From positions 1,463,276 through 1,527,275 of the forward strand of contig OZ242168.1 of the NCBI GenBank assembly GCA_965205275.1: a DNA stretch of 64,000 bases, in the 5' to 3' direction. This document shows, one piece after another, positions 8,643 to 17,456 of the stretch. Position numbers and translations under genes: made by a program. The notes under the pieces are model-generated. The model saw nothing but the letters and a program-made list of their open reading frames with translations. It was not told the DNA's origin and searched no databases. Position 1 is the stretch's first letter. Every line of letters starts with the position of its first letter. The DNA comes from Gammaproteobacteria bacterium. Lineage in GTDB: Bacteria > Pseudomonadota > Gammaproteobacteria > UBA4575.

Positions 8643-9659
8643 TCATGTGCGGTCCAGACCGGGCGGGTCCAGGGCATATTCGAATGAATCATAGTACAAC
8701 GCATCGCCCGCCAGCCCATGTTGCGGAAAAGAGGTCCGGATGGCGGCAATCATCTCCGGCGGACCGCTGGCATACACCTGCACCTGCGACAGGTCCGGGT
8801 GGTCGGCCAGCACCGCTTCGTGCACCGGCCCGCACCGGCCTTCCCAGTCCGGATCCGGCCTGGATAATACGGGCGTGAAGCCAACGCCCAGTTCCCGTTC
8901 CCAGACGGCTATCTGCTCATGGCGGTACAGGTCCCGCCGTGCGCGTACGCCCCAGTAAAACTTCACAGGTCTTCGCACCCCGCGCACGCACAGGTCATCG
9001 AGCATGGCCGCAATCGGGGCAAAACCCGTACCGCCCCCCACAAGGATCGCCGGGCGCGGATCCTCCCGCAGGAAAAAAGTCCCCAGAGGGCCCATTACAT
9101 GCAGCAGGTCCTGTTCCTGGATCGCACTGAGTTCATGCTCACTGAACCGGCCGCCGGGAACCCGGCGTACGTGCAACTCGATCGATTCGGTGTGGTCAGG
9201 CGTACTTGCAATCGAGTAACTGCGACGACGGTTGTCCCACAACAAAAGATCGACATGTTGTCCGGCAAGAAAATGCAGGGTGCCGCGCCCTTTCTCCAGG
9301 CCGAGCGTGATCGCGGTGACGTCGTGGCTGAGCGGTTCCAGGCGCTGCACCCGGCAGGCCAGGGTACTCACCTCAAACCCGGCCATGGCTTCAATTTCCC
9401 GGGCCTCGATGACCAGATCGGAACGCGCGAGCGCCTGGCACAGCAGGATGGCACCGCGCGCACAGGTGCCCAGTACCTCTTCCGGTGCCGCACCCGGGGA
9501 AATTTCGCCGGATACCAGACGGGCGCGACATATCCCGCAGTTCCCGCTGCGACAGCTGTACGGGAACACAAGCCCCTCGCGAAGCGCAGCCGCCAACACC
9601 GTCTCTCCCTCCCGGCTCGTAACCTCGCGCCCGCTGGGCTGAAAACGAATACGTGTCAT
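8643..9659 (-). CDS. 2Fe-2S ferredoxin / FAD-NAD(P)H oxidoreductase fusion (FNR-like reductase)
   Basis: N-terminal plant-type ferredoxin cysteines (CRSGNCGICRARL...C), the FAD motif RRSYSIAS and an NAD(P)-binding GGGTGFAP. The start was moved to the internal ATG at 9659 (MTRIRFQP...); the ORF table extends it to 9728. Confidence 0.75.
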   Translation of the reverse strand: MTRIRFQPSGREVTSREGETVLAAALREGLVFPYSCRSGNCGICRARLVSGEISPGAAPEEVLGTCARGAILLCQALARSDLVIEAREIEAMAGFEVSTLACRVQRLEPLSHDVTAITLGLEKGRGTLHFLAGQHVDLLLWDNRRRSYSIASTPDHTESIELHVRRVPGGRFSEHELSAIQEQDLLHVMGPLGTFFLREDPRPAILVGGGTGFAPIAAMLDDLCVRGVRRPVKFYWGVRARRDLYRHEQIAVWERELGVGFTPVLSRPDPDWEGRCGPVHEAVLADHPDLSQVQVYASGPPEMIAAIRTSFPQHGLAGDALYYDSFEYALDPPGLDRT

Positions 9660-9828
9660 AAGTAACTGCCTATTGTCTACAATCTTGCAGGCACATGGAA
9701 GCCGGTCCCGGGCCTGACGCTCCCGCACTCACAGGGTGTACGTGATCTCGATCAGGCCGTTTTACCGTTCTGTACCATTTGGTATATACTGTACTGATCG
9801 GTAAAACCTACAACAAGGAGCTGCAGCC

Positions 9829-10296
9829 ATGTCCGAACGACCCCCATTCCCCCCTTTTACCCGTGAGGGTGCCATACAAAAAGTCCAGATGGCCGAAAAT
9901 GCATGGAACTCGTGCAACCCGGAGAAAATCGCGCTGGCGTACAGCGAAGACAGCCGCTGGCGTAACCGGGCCGAGTTCTTCGAGGGCCGTGAAGCGATCG
10001 TCACCTTTCTTACGCGCAAGTGGGCACGTGAACTGGATTATCACCTGATCAAGGAACTCTGGGCATTTCATGACGACCGCATCGCCGTGCGTTTTCAATA
10101 CGAATGGCATGACGATTCCGGCAACTGGTTTCGTGCACACGGCAACGAAAACTGGGAATTTGACGAACGGGGTTTGATGCGCCGGCGCGAGGCCAGTATC
10201 AACGACGTTCCGATTGAGGAATCCGAGCGGAAATTCCTGTGGGAACAGGGACCGCGTCCAGGTGATTATCCCGGACTGACCGAACTGGGCCTTTAG
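9829..10296 (+). CDS. DUF1348 family protein (NTF2-like fold)
   Basis: 155 aa with the characteristic DUF1348 run [12 protein letters not shown]...[39 protein letters not shown]...[27 protein letters not shown]. Confidence 0.7.
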   Translation: MSERPPFPPFTREGAIQKVQMAENAWNSCNPEKIALAYSEDSRWRNRAEFFEGREAIVTFLTRKWARELDYHLIKELWAFHDDRIAVRFQYEWHDDSGNWFRAHGNENWEFDERGLMRRREASINDVPIEESERKFLWEQGPRPGDYPGLTELGL

Positions 10297-10299
10297 TTC

Positions 10300-10872
10300 A
10301 TGTCCCGGAAAATCGCGGAACGCCGGGACGCGATTCCGGCACTCGGGGAAATTTTCAGGGAGCACGGCTTCTCAGGCAGCTCGCTCACAGAAATTACACA
10401 ACGAACCGGCCTCGGCAAGGGCAGCCTGTATCATTTCTTTCCCGATGGCAAAAAAGAGATGGCCGAGGCCGTGCTGGATGATGTGACGGCCTGGTTCGAG
10501 ACCCATGTGTTTTCAGCTTTGCGCGACAGTAAAGACCCTGGGTCCGGCATCCGGGATATGTTTGAGGCCGTGAACCGTTATTTCAATTCAGGTAACCGGA
10601 TCTGTCTGGTCGGCGCTTTTGCGCTGGACGATACCCGCAACCAGTTCGAGGCCCGGATCAGCGCCTATTTCAATGCCTGGATCCGGGCCCTCACCGTGGC
10701 TCTCAAACGCTCTGGCTTCGGCAAGAAAAATGCAAAAAAGACGGCGGAAGATATTGTCATCGGCATCCAGGGGGCCTTGGTGCTGGCGCGGTCACAACAG
10801 GACCCGCAGGTGTTCACCCGGGCCTTGAAGCGACTGCAACAACGCATTACAGCAGGCCCTTTCAAATCATGA
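10300..10872 (+). CDS. TetR/AcrR-family transcriptional regulator
   Basis: N-terminal TetR HTH (GFSGSSLTEITQRTGLGKGSLYHFFPDGKKEMAEAVL). It starts 4 nt after the DUF1348 stop. Confidence 0.85.
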   Translation: MSRKIAERRDAIPALGEIFREHGFSGSSLTEITQRTGLGKGSLYHFFPDGKKEMAEAVLDDVTAWFETHVFSALRDSKDPGSGIRDMFEAVNRYFNSGNRICLVGAFALDDTRNQFEARISAYFNAWIRALTVALKRSGFGKKNAKKTAEDIVIGIQGALVLARSQQDPQVFTRALKRLQQRITAGPFKS

Positions 10873-11037
10873 AAACAGTCTCGGGATTTTCCGGGAAAAC
10901 AAAAAATCACCGGACCGGTACGTATCGGCCTTCGGATTTTGCAGGACTGCAGGAACCGCATTCCCTGCATACCCTTCACTGAACCCGATCATCCGGAAGC
11001 ACCCTTCAGGCACCCCCAAGCACGACCCTTCCAGCCT

Positions 11038-11858
11038 ATGTCCAGTGAATTACGGAATCCTCCGCACGATGTCCTGAGGTTTATTCATATCACGGATACC
11101 CATATCCTCAACCAGGCGGGCGAAACCTTTTGCGAACTCAATACCACAGAGAGTTTGCAGGCGGTTTTATCCCACTGTGCAGGGTCTTACCCGGATATCG
11201 ACTTCTGGCTGTTCACGGGTGATGTTTCGCAAACGGGGCACGGGAAAGCTATGCCTTGTTCAAGTCTGCGATCCAGCCATACGATGTGCCGGTGTACTGC
11301 GTGCCCGGGAATCATGACACACCAGAACTCTTGCAGCGTGCCGTCCCGGACTGTCCGGTTGACTCCATCCATGTGATTCAGCGGGGCCGGTTTTCGCTTG
11401 TATTGCTCAATACCTGGGTCGAGAACAGACATCACGGCAGGATTTCCCAACGGTGCCTGCGACAACTGGAGAAGCATCTGCAAGATTGCAGGGACCAGGT
11501 CAATATCATTGTCCTGCACCACCCCCCGGTGCGGGTGAACAGCGAGTGGCTGGATGAAATCGGGCTGCAAAACAGGAGCGAATTCCTGCAGGTCCTGGAT
11601 GTCTGCCCCGGAAATGCGCTGGTGCTGTTCGGACATGTTCATCAGGAAGTCGATCAGCAGTCCCGCAAGCTGCGTTTGTTATCCACGCCTTCCACCTGTT
11701 ACCAGTTCAAACCGAATACCCGCGTGCATCGCGCAGACACGCTTCCACCCGCTTACCGGTTTGTCGAACTGGACACAAGCCATCGCATGGATACAAAAGT
11801 GCATTACCTCCGGCAAGGGCTGTTTCCGGGAAAGACGGTTGAGACCGGACCGGCCTGA
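11038..11858 (+). pseudogene. cpdA: 3',5'-cyclic-nucleotide phosphodiesterase CpdA (metallophosphoesterase), interrupted by a -1 frameshift near 11242-11247
   Basis: The N-terminal part (RFIHITDTHI...LFTGDVSQTGHG) is in frame 1. It continues in another frame as ESYALFKSAIQPYDVPVYCVPGNHD...VLHHPP...GHVHQ. The junction falls in the homopolymer-rich stretch ggggcacgggaaagc. Confidence 0.7.
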
Positions 11859-11899
11859 GTGCCCTGGAACTATATAGAGTATTCCTGTCGATACATCCT

Positions 11900-12175
11900 G
11901 TCTGTAATCGAATTCCATGAATTTGAGGGTATCTGTGTCTTGGCAGAATACCCGATCTCCTTTAGACTAATAATAAAGCCAGGTGAGTCCCTTGCGGGCC
12001 TATGCAGATTGGAATAATGATTAAAAGCTCTGTATCCCCTGGCTACCGGGGAGTCTGAAGCCAGGGTATCGTGTCACGCTGACACGCGCCAGGGTTGCCT
12101 GAATTCGGCCAGAAGCACGTGAAAATGCGCCCGTCCGACTTTTCCTGATTTTTGGATATACGTAACCGGAAGGAG
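11900..12175 (+). promoter_or_regulatory. Structured 5' leader of cbtB-cbtA; weak candidate cobalamin-type riboswitch
   Basis: A 320-nt non-coding leader lies upstream of cbtBA. It contains two copies of AAGCCAGG (resembling the start of the B12-box rAGYCMGG) and a GGTGAGTCCC element resembling GGTGnAAnTCC. The match to the consensus is incomplete. Confidence 0.2.
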
Positions 12176-12182
12176 GAATGAA

Positions 12183-12380
12183 ATGAATACAGTTCAGAAT
12201 ATAAAAGATCTGCCCACTCACATTCAGGCAGGCGCATTGCCCTGGGCAACCGTCCATGCTGTGACGGCGGCCATTCTGATCGGTACCCTGATCCTTGCAG
12301 CCGCGGGTTTTGCCGGACCCGAAGTCGTTCACAATGCCGCGCATGACCTGCGTCACGGTCTTGCCTTCCCTTGCCATTGA
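12183..12380 (+). CDS. cbtB: Cobalt transporter subunit CbtB
   Basis: 65 aa with one TM helix and a C-terminal His-rich tail VHNAAHDLRHGLAFPCH. It is preceded by the ribosome-binding site ggaggag and immediately followed by cbtA. Confidence 0.65.
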   Translation: MNTVQNIKDLPTHIQAGALPWATVHAVTAAILIGTLILAAAGFAGPEVVHNAAHDLRHGLAFPCH

Positions 12381-12392
12381 TACGGTGCGGTC

Positions 12393-13076
12393 GTGAAAGC
12401 CTTTAACAGGATATTGTTGACTGCCTTGCTGGCGGGCAGCATTGCGGGGTTGATTCTCGGAGGCATCCAGCAGTTCACGGTAGTCCCCAAGATCCTTGAA
12501 GCGGAGACCTATGAGACTGCCGGTGATGACGGAGAAGCCCATGGTGGCGAGACCTGGGCGCCACAAGAAGGTACGGAGAGAACCCTCTGGACGATAGTGA
12601 ACAGCATGCTGGTGGGCATAGGATTCGGCCTGCTGCTGACCGCCTGTTATGCATTGCGCAGGAAGGTTACCTGGCAACACGGCATTCTGTGGGGACTGGC
12701 GGGTTTTGCCGCATTCCATCTGGCGCCCGCACTGGGATTGCCGCCGGAACTTCCAGGAGATGCCGCAGCGGGTCTGGATCAACGGCAGGTATGGTGGCTG
12801 CTGACCGTGGCGGCGACGGCTGCCGGTCTTTGGATCATAGCCTTCCAGTCGAATGTCTACCTGAAGCTGTTCGGGGTAGCCTTGCTCGCATTGCCTCATA
12901 TATTCGGGGCGCCCCAGCCCGCGAGGCACGAAGGTCTGGCACCCGCAGAACTGAGAGAGGCCTTTGTTTTTACATCGCTGGTGACGAATGCCGTTTTCTG
13001 GGTCGCGCTCGGTGTCCTTTGTGCGCTGTTTTATAAATGGTTTGGAGATAAAGACGGAAAGCCCTGGGCTGACTGA
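12393..13076 (+). CDS. cbtA: Cobalt transporter subunit CbtA
   Basis: 227 aa with about 5 TM helices. It has an acidic/His-containing periplasmic loop (ETAGDDGEAHGGETWAPQEG) and HIFGAP/H-rich segments typical of CbtA. It is in an operon with cbtB. Confidence 0.65.
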   Translation: MKAFNRILLTALLAGSIAGLILGGIQQFTVVPKILEAETYETAGDDGEAHGGETWAPQEGTERTLWTIVNSMLVGIGFGLLLTACYALRRKVTWQHGILWGLAGFAAFHLAPALGLPPELPGDAAAGLDQRQVWWLLTVAATAAGLWIIAFQSNVYLKLFGVALLALPHIFGAPQPARHEGLAPAELREAFVFTSLVTNAVFWVALGVLCALFYKWFGDKDGKPWAD

Positions 13077-13309
13077 CCCCGAACTGAATGAGTGGTTCGC
13101 GTCACAGCTTTTGCTCTGCCTCGTATCGTCCCGTCAGCACCCGGCTGTACCTGTCGCACATGATCGTCCAGGCAACCGTTCGGCTCCGTCGGGACGGGCA
13201 CGCACACCTGCCTGATGCCGGCGTTGTGGTTTCGGGAATCCTGATTGCGGGATGGGTTCCCAACCCGATACAATCCCGTTACTGACTATCCGAGAAACAG
13301 GAGGATGAC

Positions 13310-13816
13310 ATGTATCCAGGCATACGAATCGCCGCGACACTGATCACGGTGGGAATTCTGTGCACAGCCCAAAGTGCCGTCGCCAATGAAGCGGGCAGCT
13401 TCAGCATGATTGCCAGTTGGGCTCGCGACTACACCACATTGGAACGTCCCGGGCGGGCCATCACCACCGGTACCCTCAACGGGACCACCACCATACTCGA
13501 AAGCAGTGGCGGCCCTTTTGCTGCAGGCGCACACAGCCGCTCAACCTGCCTGGTCTATGCAAGGAAGTCGGAGAATGAGCATAGCCTTGAAGCGCACTGT
13601 GCCGCGGCCGATGCCGCGAACGACGAGTTTTATATGCGGGCACAGAGACGTGAAGGGGATACGGAGGCAGGCGGTGGCGGCGCAGGACGCTGGGAGTTTC
13701 TGGGCGGCACCGGGAAGTATGCCGGTGTGACAGGCGGCTGCGACTACCAGGTCGAATACCTGGTGGGCGACTGGGTGGTGAATATGGCCAAGCACTGCGA
13801 ATGGCATAGGCCGTAG
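13310..13816 (+). CDS. Hypothetical secreted protein (signal peptide, 4 Cys)
   Basis: The N-terminal signal peptide is MYPGIRIAATLITVGILCTAQSAVA. The ribosome-binding site aggagga is upstream. No family was recognised. Confidence 0.45.
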   Translation: MYPGIRIAATLITVGILCTAQSAVANEAGSFSMIASWARDYTTLERPGRAITTGTLNGTTTILESSGGPFAAGAHSRSTCLVYARKSENEHSLEAHCAAADAANDEFYMRAQRREGDTEAGGGGAGRWEFLGGTGKYAGVTGGCDYQVEYLVGDWVVNMAKHCEWHRP

Positions 13817-13840
13817 GCAGACCGGCCGTCGCCGGTCTGC
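13817..13840 (+). terminator. Stem-loop directly after the 13310..13816 stop (10-bp stem gcagaccggc/gccggtctgc, 4-nt loop)
   Basis: Perfect inverted repeat seen in the sequence. There is no T-run, so it is a terminator-like hairpin only. Confidence 0.4.
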
Positions 13841-14088
13841 ATGATCCAGGCTGCACCCGAGCCAAATGCATGGCAGGAGGAATACCGGTGCGGTAGACCG
13901 GAAGCCCCAGCTACCTTTTTATTCGCCTGAGATTCTATCACCCTCCTCTTCTTCCCTGACGTTAAGGAATAGACAAGCACTTCTGTTTCCATCACGCTTT
14001 ACCCGTCTGTCCAGACTGGAACGGCGTGCGCCCAGATTTATTCTGGCGCGGCTTGCGGATGCGTTGCGGCAAGTGCTCCTCTCCCGGC

Positions 14089-14838
14089 CTAGACCTCCAC
14101 GACCCTGTCCGGCCTGAAGGCCCGGTTCCGGGCTTCCGGAGTATACCCGCGCGGGTTGCAGACCACCCGCGTGCCATGGATATCATAATCAAAGGAGTCA
14201 TGTACATGTCCATGGACCCACAGGGCTGCACGGTCACCATCCATCAGGGCTTCCAGATTGCTGGCGAAGGCCGGGGATAGCCGGTCATCGGCATACCGCT
14301 GGGGCACCGAGCGCGAAGAGGGTGCATGGTGGGTGACCACCACCGTCTTGCCGTCGAAGGGTTGTGCAAGCGTTGCCGCCAGCCAGTCCCGGCTGGCCGT
14401 GTGCAACCCGATGGCATCCTGGGGCGTGAAGTCCCTGCCGTGATTCCGGATAATGGAAAAATCCGTCATGCACTGCTGTGCCTGCCGTATGGCGAAGAAC
14501 CGGTCCGCCTCGCCAAAAAGGGCAAAGTCCGTCCAGAGGATGCTTCCCAGAAACCGTACACCGTCGATGATCACCTGATCATTGTTCAGGACGTGTATGT
14601 GGTCCGGTGCCTGGGTCTTCAGATCATCGATCAGGGCGATGTCGTGGCGATAGAACTCGTGGTTGCCCGGCACGTAGACCACAGGCCTGTCCGGGAACCG
14701 GTCCTGTGCCCAGTGCAGGCCTCCCATCCCGACCCCGATATCACCCGCCAGAACCACGACGTCGGCATCCGTTGCCGGTGGCTCGAAGTCTCCGAATTCG
14801 ATGTGCAGATCATTCAGGATGTGGGCTTTCATTTGCAA
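14089..14838 (-). CDS. Metallophosphoesterase (calcineurin-like phosphoesterase)
   Basis: Metallophosphoesterase motifs are present: DLHIE, VVLAGDIG, VPGNHE, VVTHHAP and GHVHD. Confidence 0.75.
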   Translation of the reverse strand: MQMKAHILNDLHIEFGDFEPPATDADVVVLAGDIGVGMGGLHWAQDRFPDRPVVYVPGNHEFYRHDIALIDDLKTQAPDHIHVLNNDQVIIDGVRFLGSILWTDFALFGEADRFFAIRQAQQCMTDFSIIRNHGRDFTPQDAIGLHTASRDWLAATLAQPFDGKTVVVTHHAPSSRSVPQRYADDRLSPAFASNLEALMDGDRAALWVHGHVHDSFDYDIHGTRVVCNPRGYTPEARNRAFRPDRVVEV

Positions 14839-14923
14839 CCAATTACCAGGAAATTCGAATAATGATACCTTTCAAATACTATACCATTCGTGCAGACGGC
14901 TCGATCCGTCCCATTTGAATGCT

Positions 14924-15133
14924 CTACAATTCCGCATCCACCGGTGCATGCTCGTCACACTTCTTACACTTGAGTATATGACCAAGCATGGATTCCCTGC
15001 CCTCTTTCGAAAGTACCCACGGGCGGGACACCAGGGGAGGATCGTGTCGAACGTGCTGGTAATGACCGCAGGCAAGTTCAGCTACCCAGTGATTTTCGTC
15101 GTCCTTGTGATACCCGACTATACTTTGTTGCAT
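14924..15133 (-). CDS. DUF3565 domain protein
   Basis: The core MQQSIVGYHKDDENHWVAELACGHYQHVRHDPPLVSRPWV...CKKCDE matches the DUF3565 pattern. The start was moved to the internal ATG at 15133. Confidence 0.5.
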   Translation of the reverse strand: MQQSIVGYHKDDENHWVAELACGHYQHVRHDPPLVSRPWVLSKEGRESMLGHILKCKKCDEHAPVDAEL

Positions 15134-15198
15134 GCAACTGGCCCCAACCTGTTCCTCTCGACGTGTAACCCTCCACAACGTTCACCGCAGAATCTTTT

Positions 15199-15531
15199 TT
15201 ATCGTTTGAATATTATGGTCAGCAGGATGACGGCCTCCTCAATGGCCACAAGGGAGTGTGGTTCTCCCGGCTCAAGGTGTAACAGTTGACCGGATTCCAG
15301 CTCCTGCGCAGCGCCCATTGCCGTAAACTCAACGCTGCCCCGTATGCAATGCACAATAATGGATCCATTCCGTACCTTATGATTCGGGATTTCCTTCCCT
15401 GCGGGTAAATACATCCGGATCAGTTCCATTTCATCGGACTTTACAATGGCTTTCGTGCGCGCTTCAGGCTGATCCTTCGCCCAGGTTTCAAGATCGACTA
15501 CTTCCCCTGGATTCGCATGATGTGTCGCCAT
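15199..15531 (-). CDS. Cupin-domain protein
   Basis: Small beta-barrel cupin signature (IVHCIRGSVEFTAMG...HLEPGEPHSLVAIEEAVIL). The start was chosen at MATHHANPGE. Confidence 0.55.
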   Translation of the reverse strand: MATHHANPGEVVDLETWAKDQPEARTKAIVKSDEMELIRMYLPAGKEIPNHKVRNGSIIVHCIRGSVEFTAMGAAQELESGQLLHLEPGEPHSLVAIEEAVILLTIIFKR

Positions 15532-15676
15532 ACTTCCCTCCATGTACTGTTGTAACCACAACGGTCCCGTTACACGTGCGGATCCCGGGCAAACGGGTAT
15601 TCCGATACATCACTTGCCCCGGAACATAAGGAAAAACACCGGAGGCGCCCGGGTTACGGTTACAGGATCCAGAATT

Positions 15677-16288
15677 TCAGTCTAGCATCCCTTCAGAACG
15701 AATGAACCGGATGATTTCCTCCAGCCCTTCCTGCTGTTTCAGATTGGTAAATACAAAGGGCCGCGCACCGCGCATTTTCCTTGCGTCGCGCTCCATGACT
15801 TCAAGCGATGCCCCTACCATGGGGGCCAGATCCGTTTTATTGATCACCAGTAAATCGGACTTTGTGATACCCGGGCCCCCTTTGCGTGGAATCTTGTCCC
15901 CGGCGGCGACGTCGATGACGTAAATCGTCAGATCCGAAAGTTCCGGGCTGAACGTGGCACTCAGATTATCACCTCCACTTTCCACCAGTATGAAATCCAG
16001 TTCAGGAAACTCGTCACAAAGATCCTGTACGGCCGCCAGATTGATCGAGGCATCTTCACGAATGGCCGTATGCGGACATCCACCTGTCTCAACACCCTTG
16101 ATGCGGTTTTCAGGCAGTGCTCCATGTTTGATCAGAAATTCCGCATCTTCACGCGTGTAGATGTCATTCGTGACGACGCCTATCTCATACTCGCCACGCA
16201 TGGCCGTACACAATGCATTCAGCAATGCCGTTTTACCGGAGCCGACAGGACCGCCCACCCCAACCCTTAACACTTGTTTGGATGTCAT
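15677..16288 (-). CDS. ureG: Urease accessory protein UreG (GTPase)
   Basis: P-loop [10 protein letters not shown], UreG length 203 aa, located 3' of ureF. Confidence 0.95.
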   Translation of the reverse strand: MTSKQVLRVGVGGPVGSGKTALLNALCTAMRGEYEIGVVTNDIYTREDAEFLIKHGALPENRIKGVETGGCPHTAIREDASINLAAVQDLCDEFPELDFILVESGGDNLSATFSPELSDLTIYVIDVAAGDKIPRKGGPGITKSDLLVINKTDLAPMVGASLEVMERDARKMRGARPFVFTNLKQQEGLEEIIRFIRSEGMLD

Positions 16289-16294
16289 GATGGG

Positions 16295-16981
16295 TTACGA
16301 CCTGAATAACCGTGAATACTGTGATTCGTGGTTGGCACTGGCAATACCCAGTCCCACCGCTGTGCTGCCCAGATCATCGTCCTGCAGCTGCAATCCCGTT
16401 TTGACCCGGGCCGGGATTTCATCAATCAGGGATGAGAGCATGCGCTGGCCCGCAGTCTGGCCCAGTGGAATCAGTTTAATGGCGGCATTCACCTGATTCT
16501 CGCACCAGGCCCACAGGTACCCCGTGCAGGCATCCGCTTTGCCTACCTGCCATTGTGTGGCGGCCAGTGAAAAGGCAGTGGCATAGGTCACATAGGGCGC
16601 GCCCATAATTTGTCCGGCTTGCCGGATCCCCAGGTCGGCCAGCAGTTTTGACAAGGCCTTTCCCAGATGCCGGTCTTCGCTACGCAATTCCCTGGACTCA
16701 CGGCAGGCAAGCAGGTACCGGCTCCAGTACGCCACCTTATCGGCCGAGCCGGCCTGCCAGGCATCAAACAGCCGTACCAGTAGCGGCACATCCACACAGG
16801 TTTGCGCGTTTCGCAACAACCCTGCAATCCAGTCCCGGGCACTGTCTTCATCTTTTACCCAGTCCTGATCACAGGCAAATTCCAGACCTTGCGAATAGGC
16901 AAATGCACCGATCGGCAACGACGGGCTGGTCAGTCGCATGAGATTCAGCATGGCCGTGCTGCGGGATGATTCAACGGACAT
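16295..16981 (-). CDS. ureF: Urease accessory protein UreF
   Basis: 228 aa with the UreF N-terminus LMRLTSPSLPIGAFAYSQGLE. Confidence 0.85.
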   Translation of the reverse strand: MSVESSRSTAMLNLMRLTSPSLPIGAFAYSQGLEFACDQDWVKDEDSARDWIAGLLRNAQTCVDVPLLVRLFDAWQAGSADKVAYWSRYLLACRESRELRSEDRHLGKALSKLLADLGIRQAGQIMGAPYVTYATAFSLAATQWQVGKADACTGYLWAWCENQVNAAIKLIPLGQTAGQRMLSSLIDEIPARVKTGLQLQDDDLGSTAVGLGIASANHESQYSRLFRS

Positions 16982-16983
16982 GA

Positions 16984-17451
16984 TCAGTGAGCATGCCGGT
17001 CGGCATGCGCATGGGAATGAGCCTGCTGAAGGTAGGCACCCGACTCGGGTTCAAAAGAACGCATTTCATGTGAAATGGAGAGCCCCAGGTGGCTGACCAT
17101 TTGATCCAGCACATGATCTTTCTGGTACACCAGATAGCTCTCCCCGATCTGCAAGGGCATGTGCCGGTTGCCAAGATGATAACTGGCCCGGGCCAGCAGC
17201 AACCGGTCCTCACTGCTTGCCACCGAAACCGCTTCCGCTACGGCAATGACCCGGACAATCACTTCACCGTCCTCACTTTGCAGACAGTCACCCCCTCGTA
17301 ACACCAGGCCCCGGGGTAACATCACCCCTACTTCCTCACCGCTGTCCGACCGGGTTTTGAAGCGTGCCTTTTGCCGCACCTCATACGCCAGGGTCAAGGT
17401 ATGGCTGGGATGCGATACAGGGCCTGTTATGCGCGCAGTGAGCACCAGCAT
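16984..17451 (-). CDS. ureE: Urease accessory protein UreE (nickel metallochaperone) with His-rich C-terminus
   Basis: 155 aa with the LGNRH motif and a C-terminal HSHAHADRHAH tail. Confidence 0.85.
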   Translation of the reverse strand: MLVLTARITGPVSHPSHTLTLAYEVRQKARFKTRSDSGEEVGVMLPRGLVLRGGDCLQSEDGEVIVRVIAVAEAVSVASSEDRLLLARASYHLGNRHMPLQIGESYLVYQKDHVLDQMVSHLGLSISHEMRSFEPESGAYLQQAHSHAHADRHAH

Positions 17452-17456
17452 CGGGA

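Noticed and set aside
12021-12929. 302-aa ORF on the minus strand across cbtB/cbtA
   Set aside because: It is antisense to two well-supported genes. It has a low-complexity, Arg/Gly/Pro-rich translation typical of wrong-strand reading in GC-rich DNA, and no motifs.
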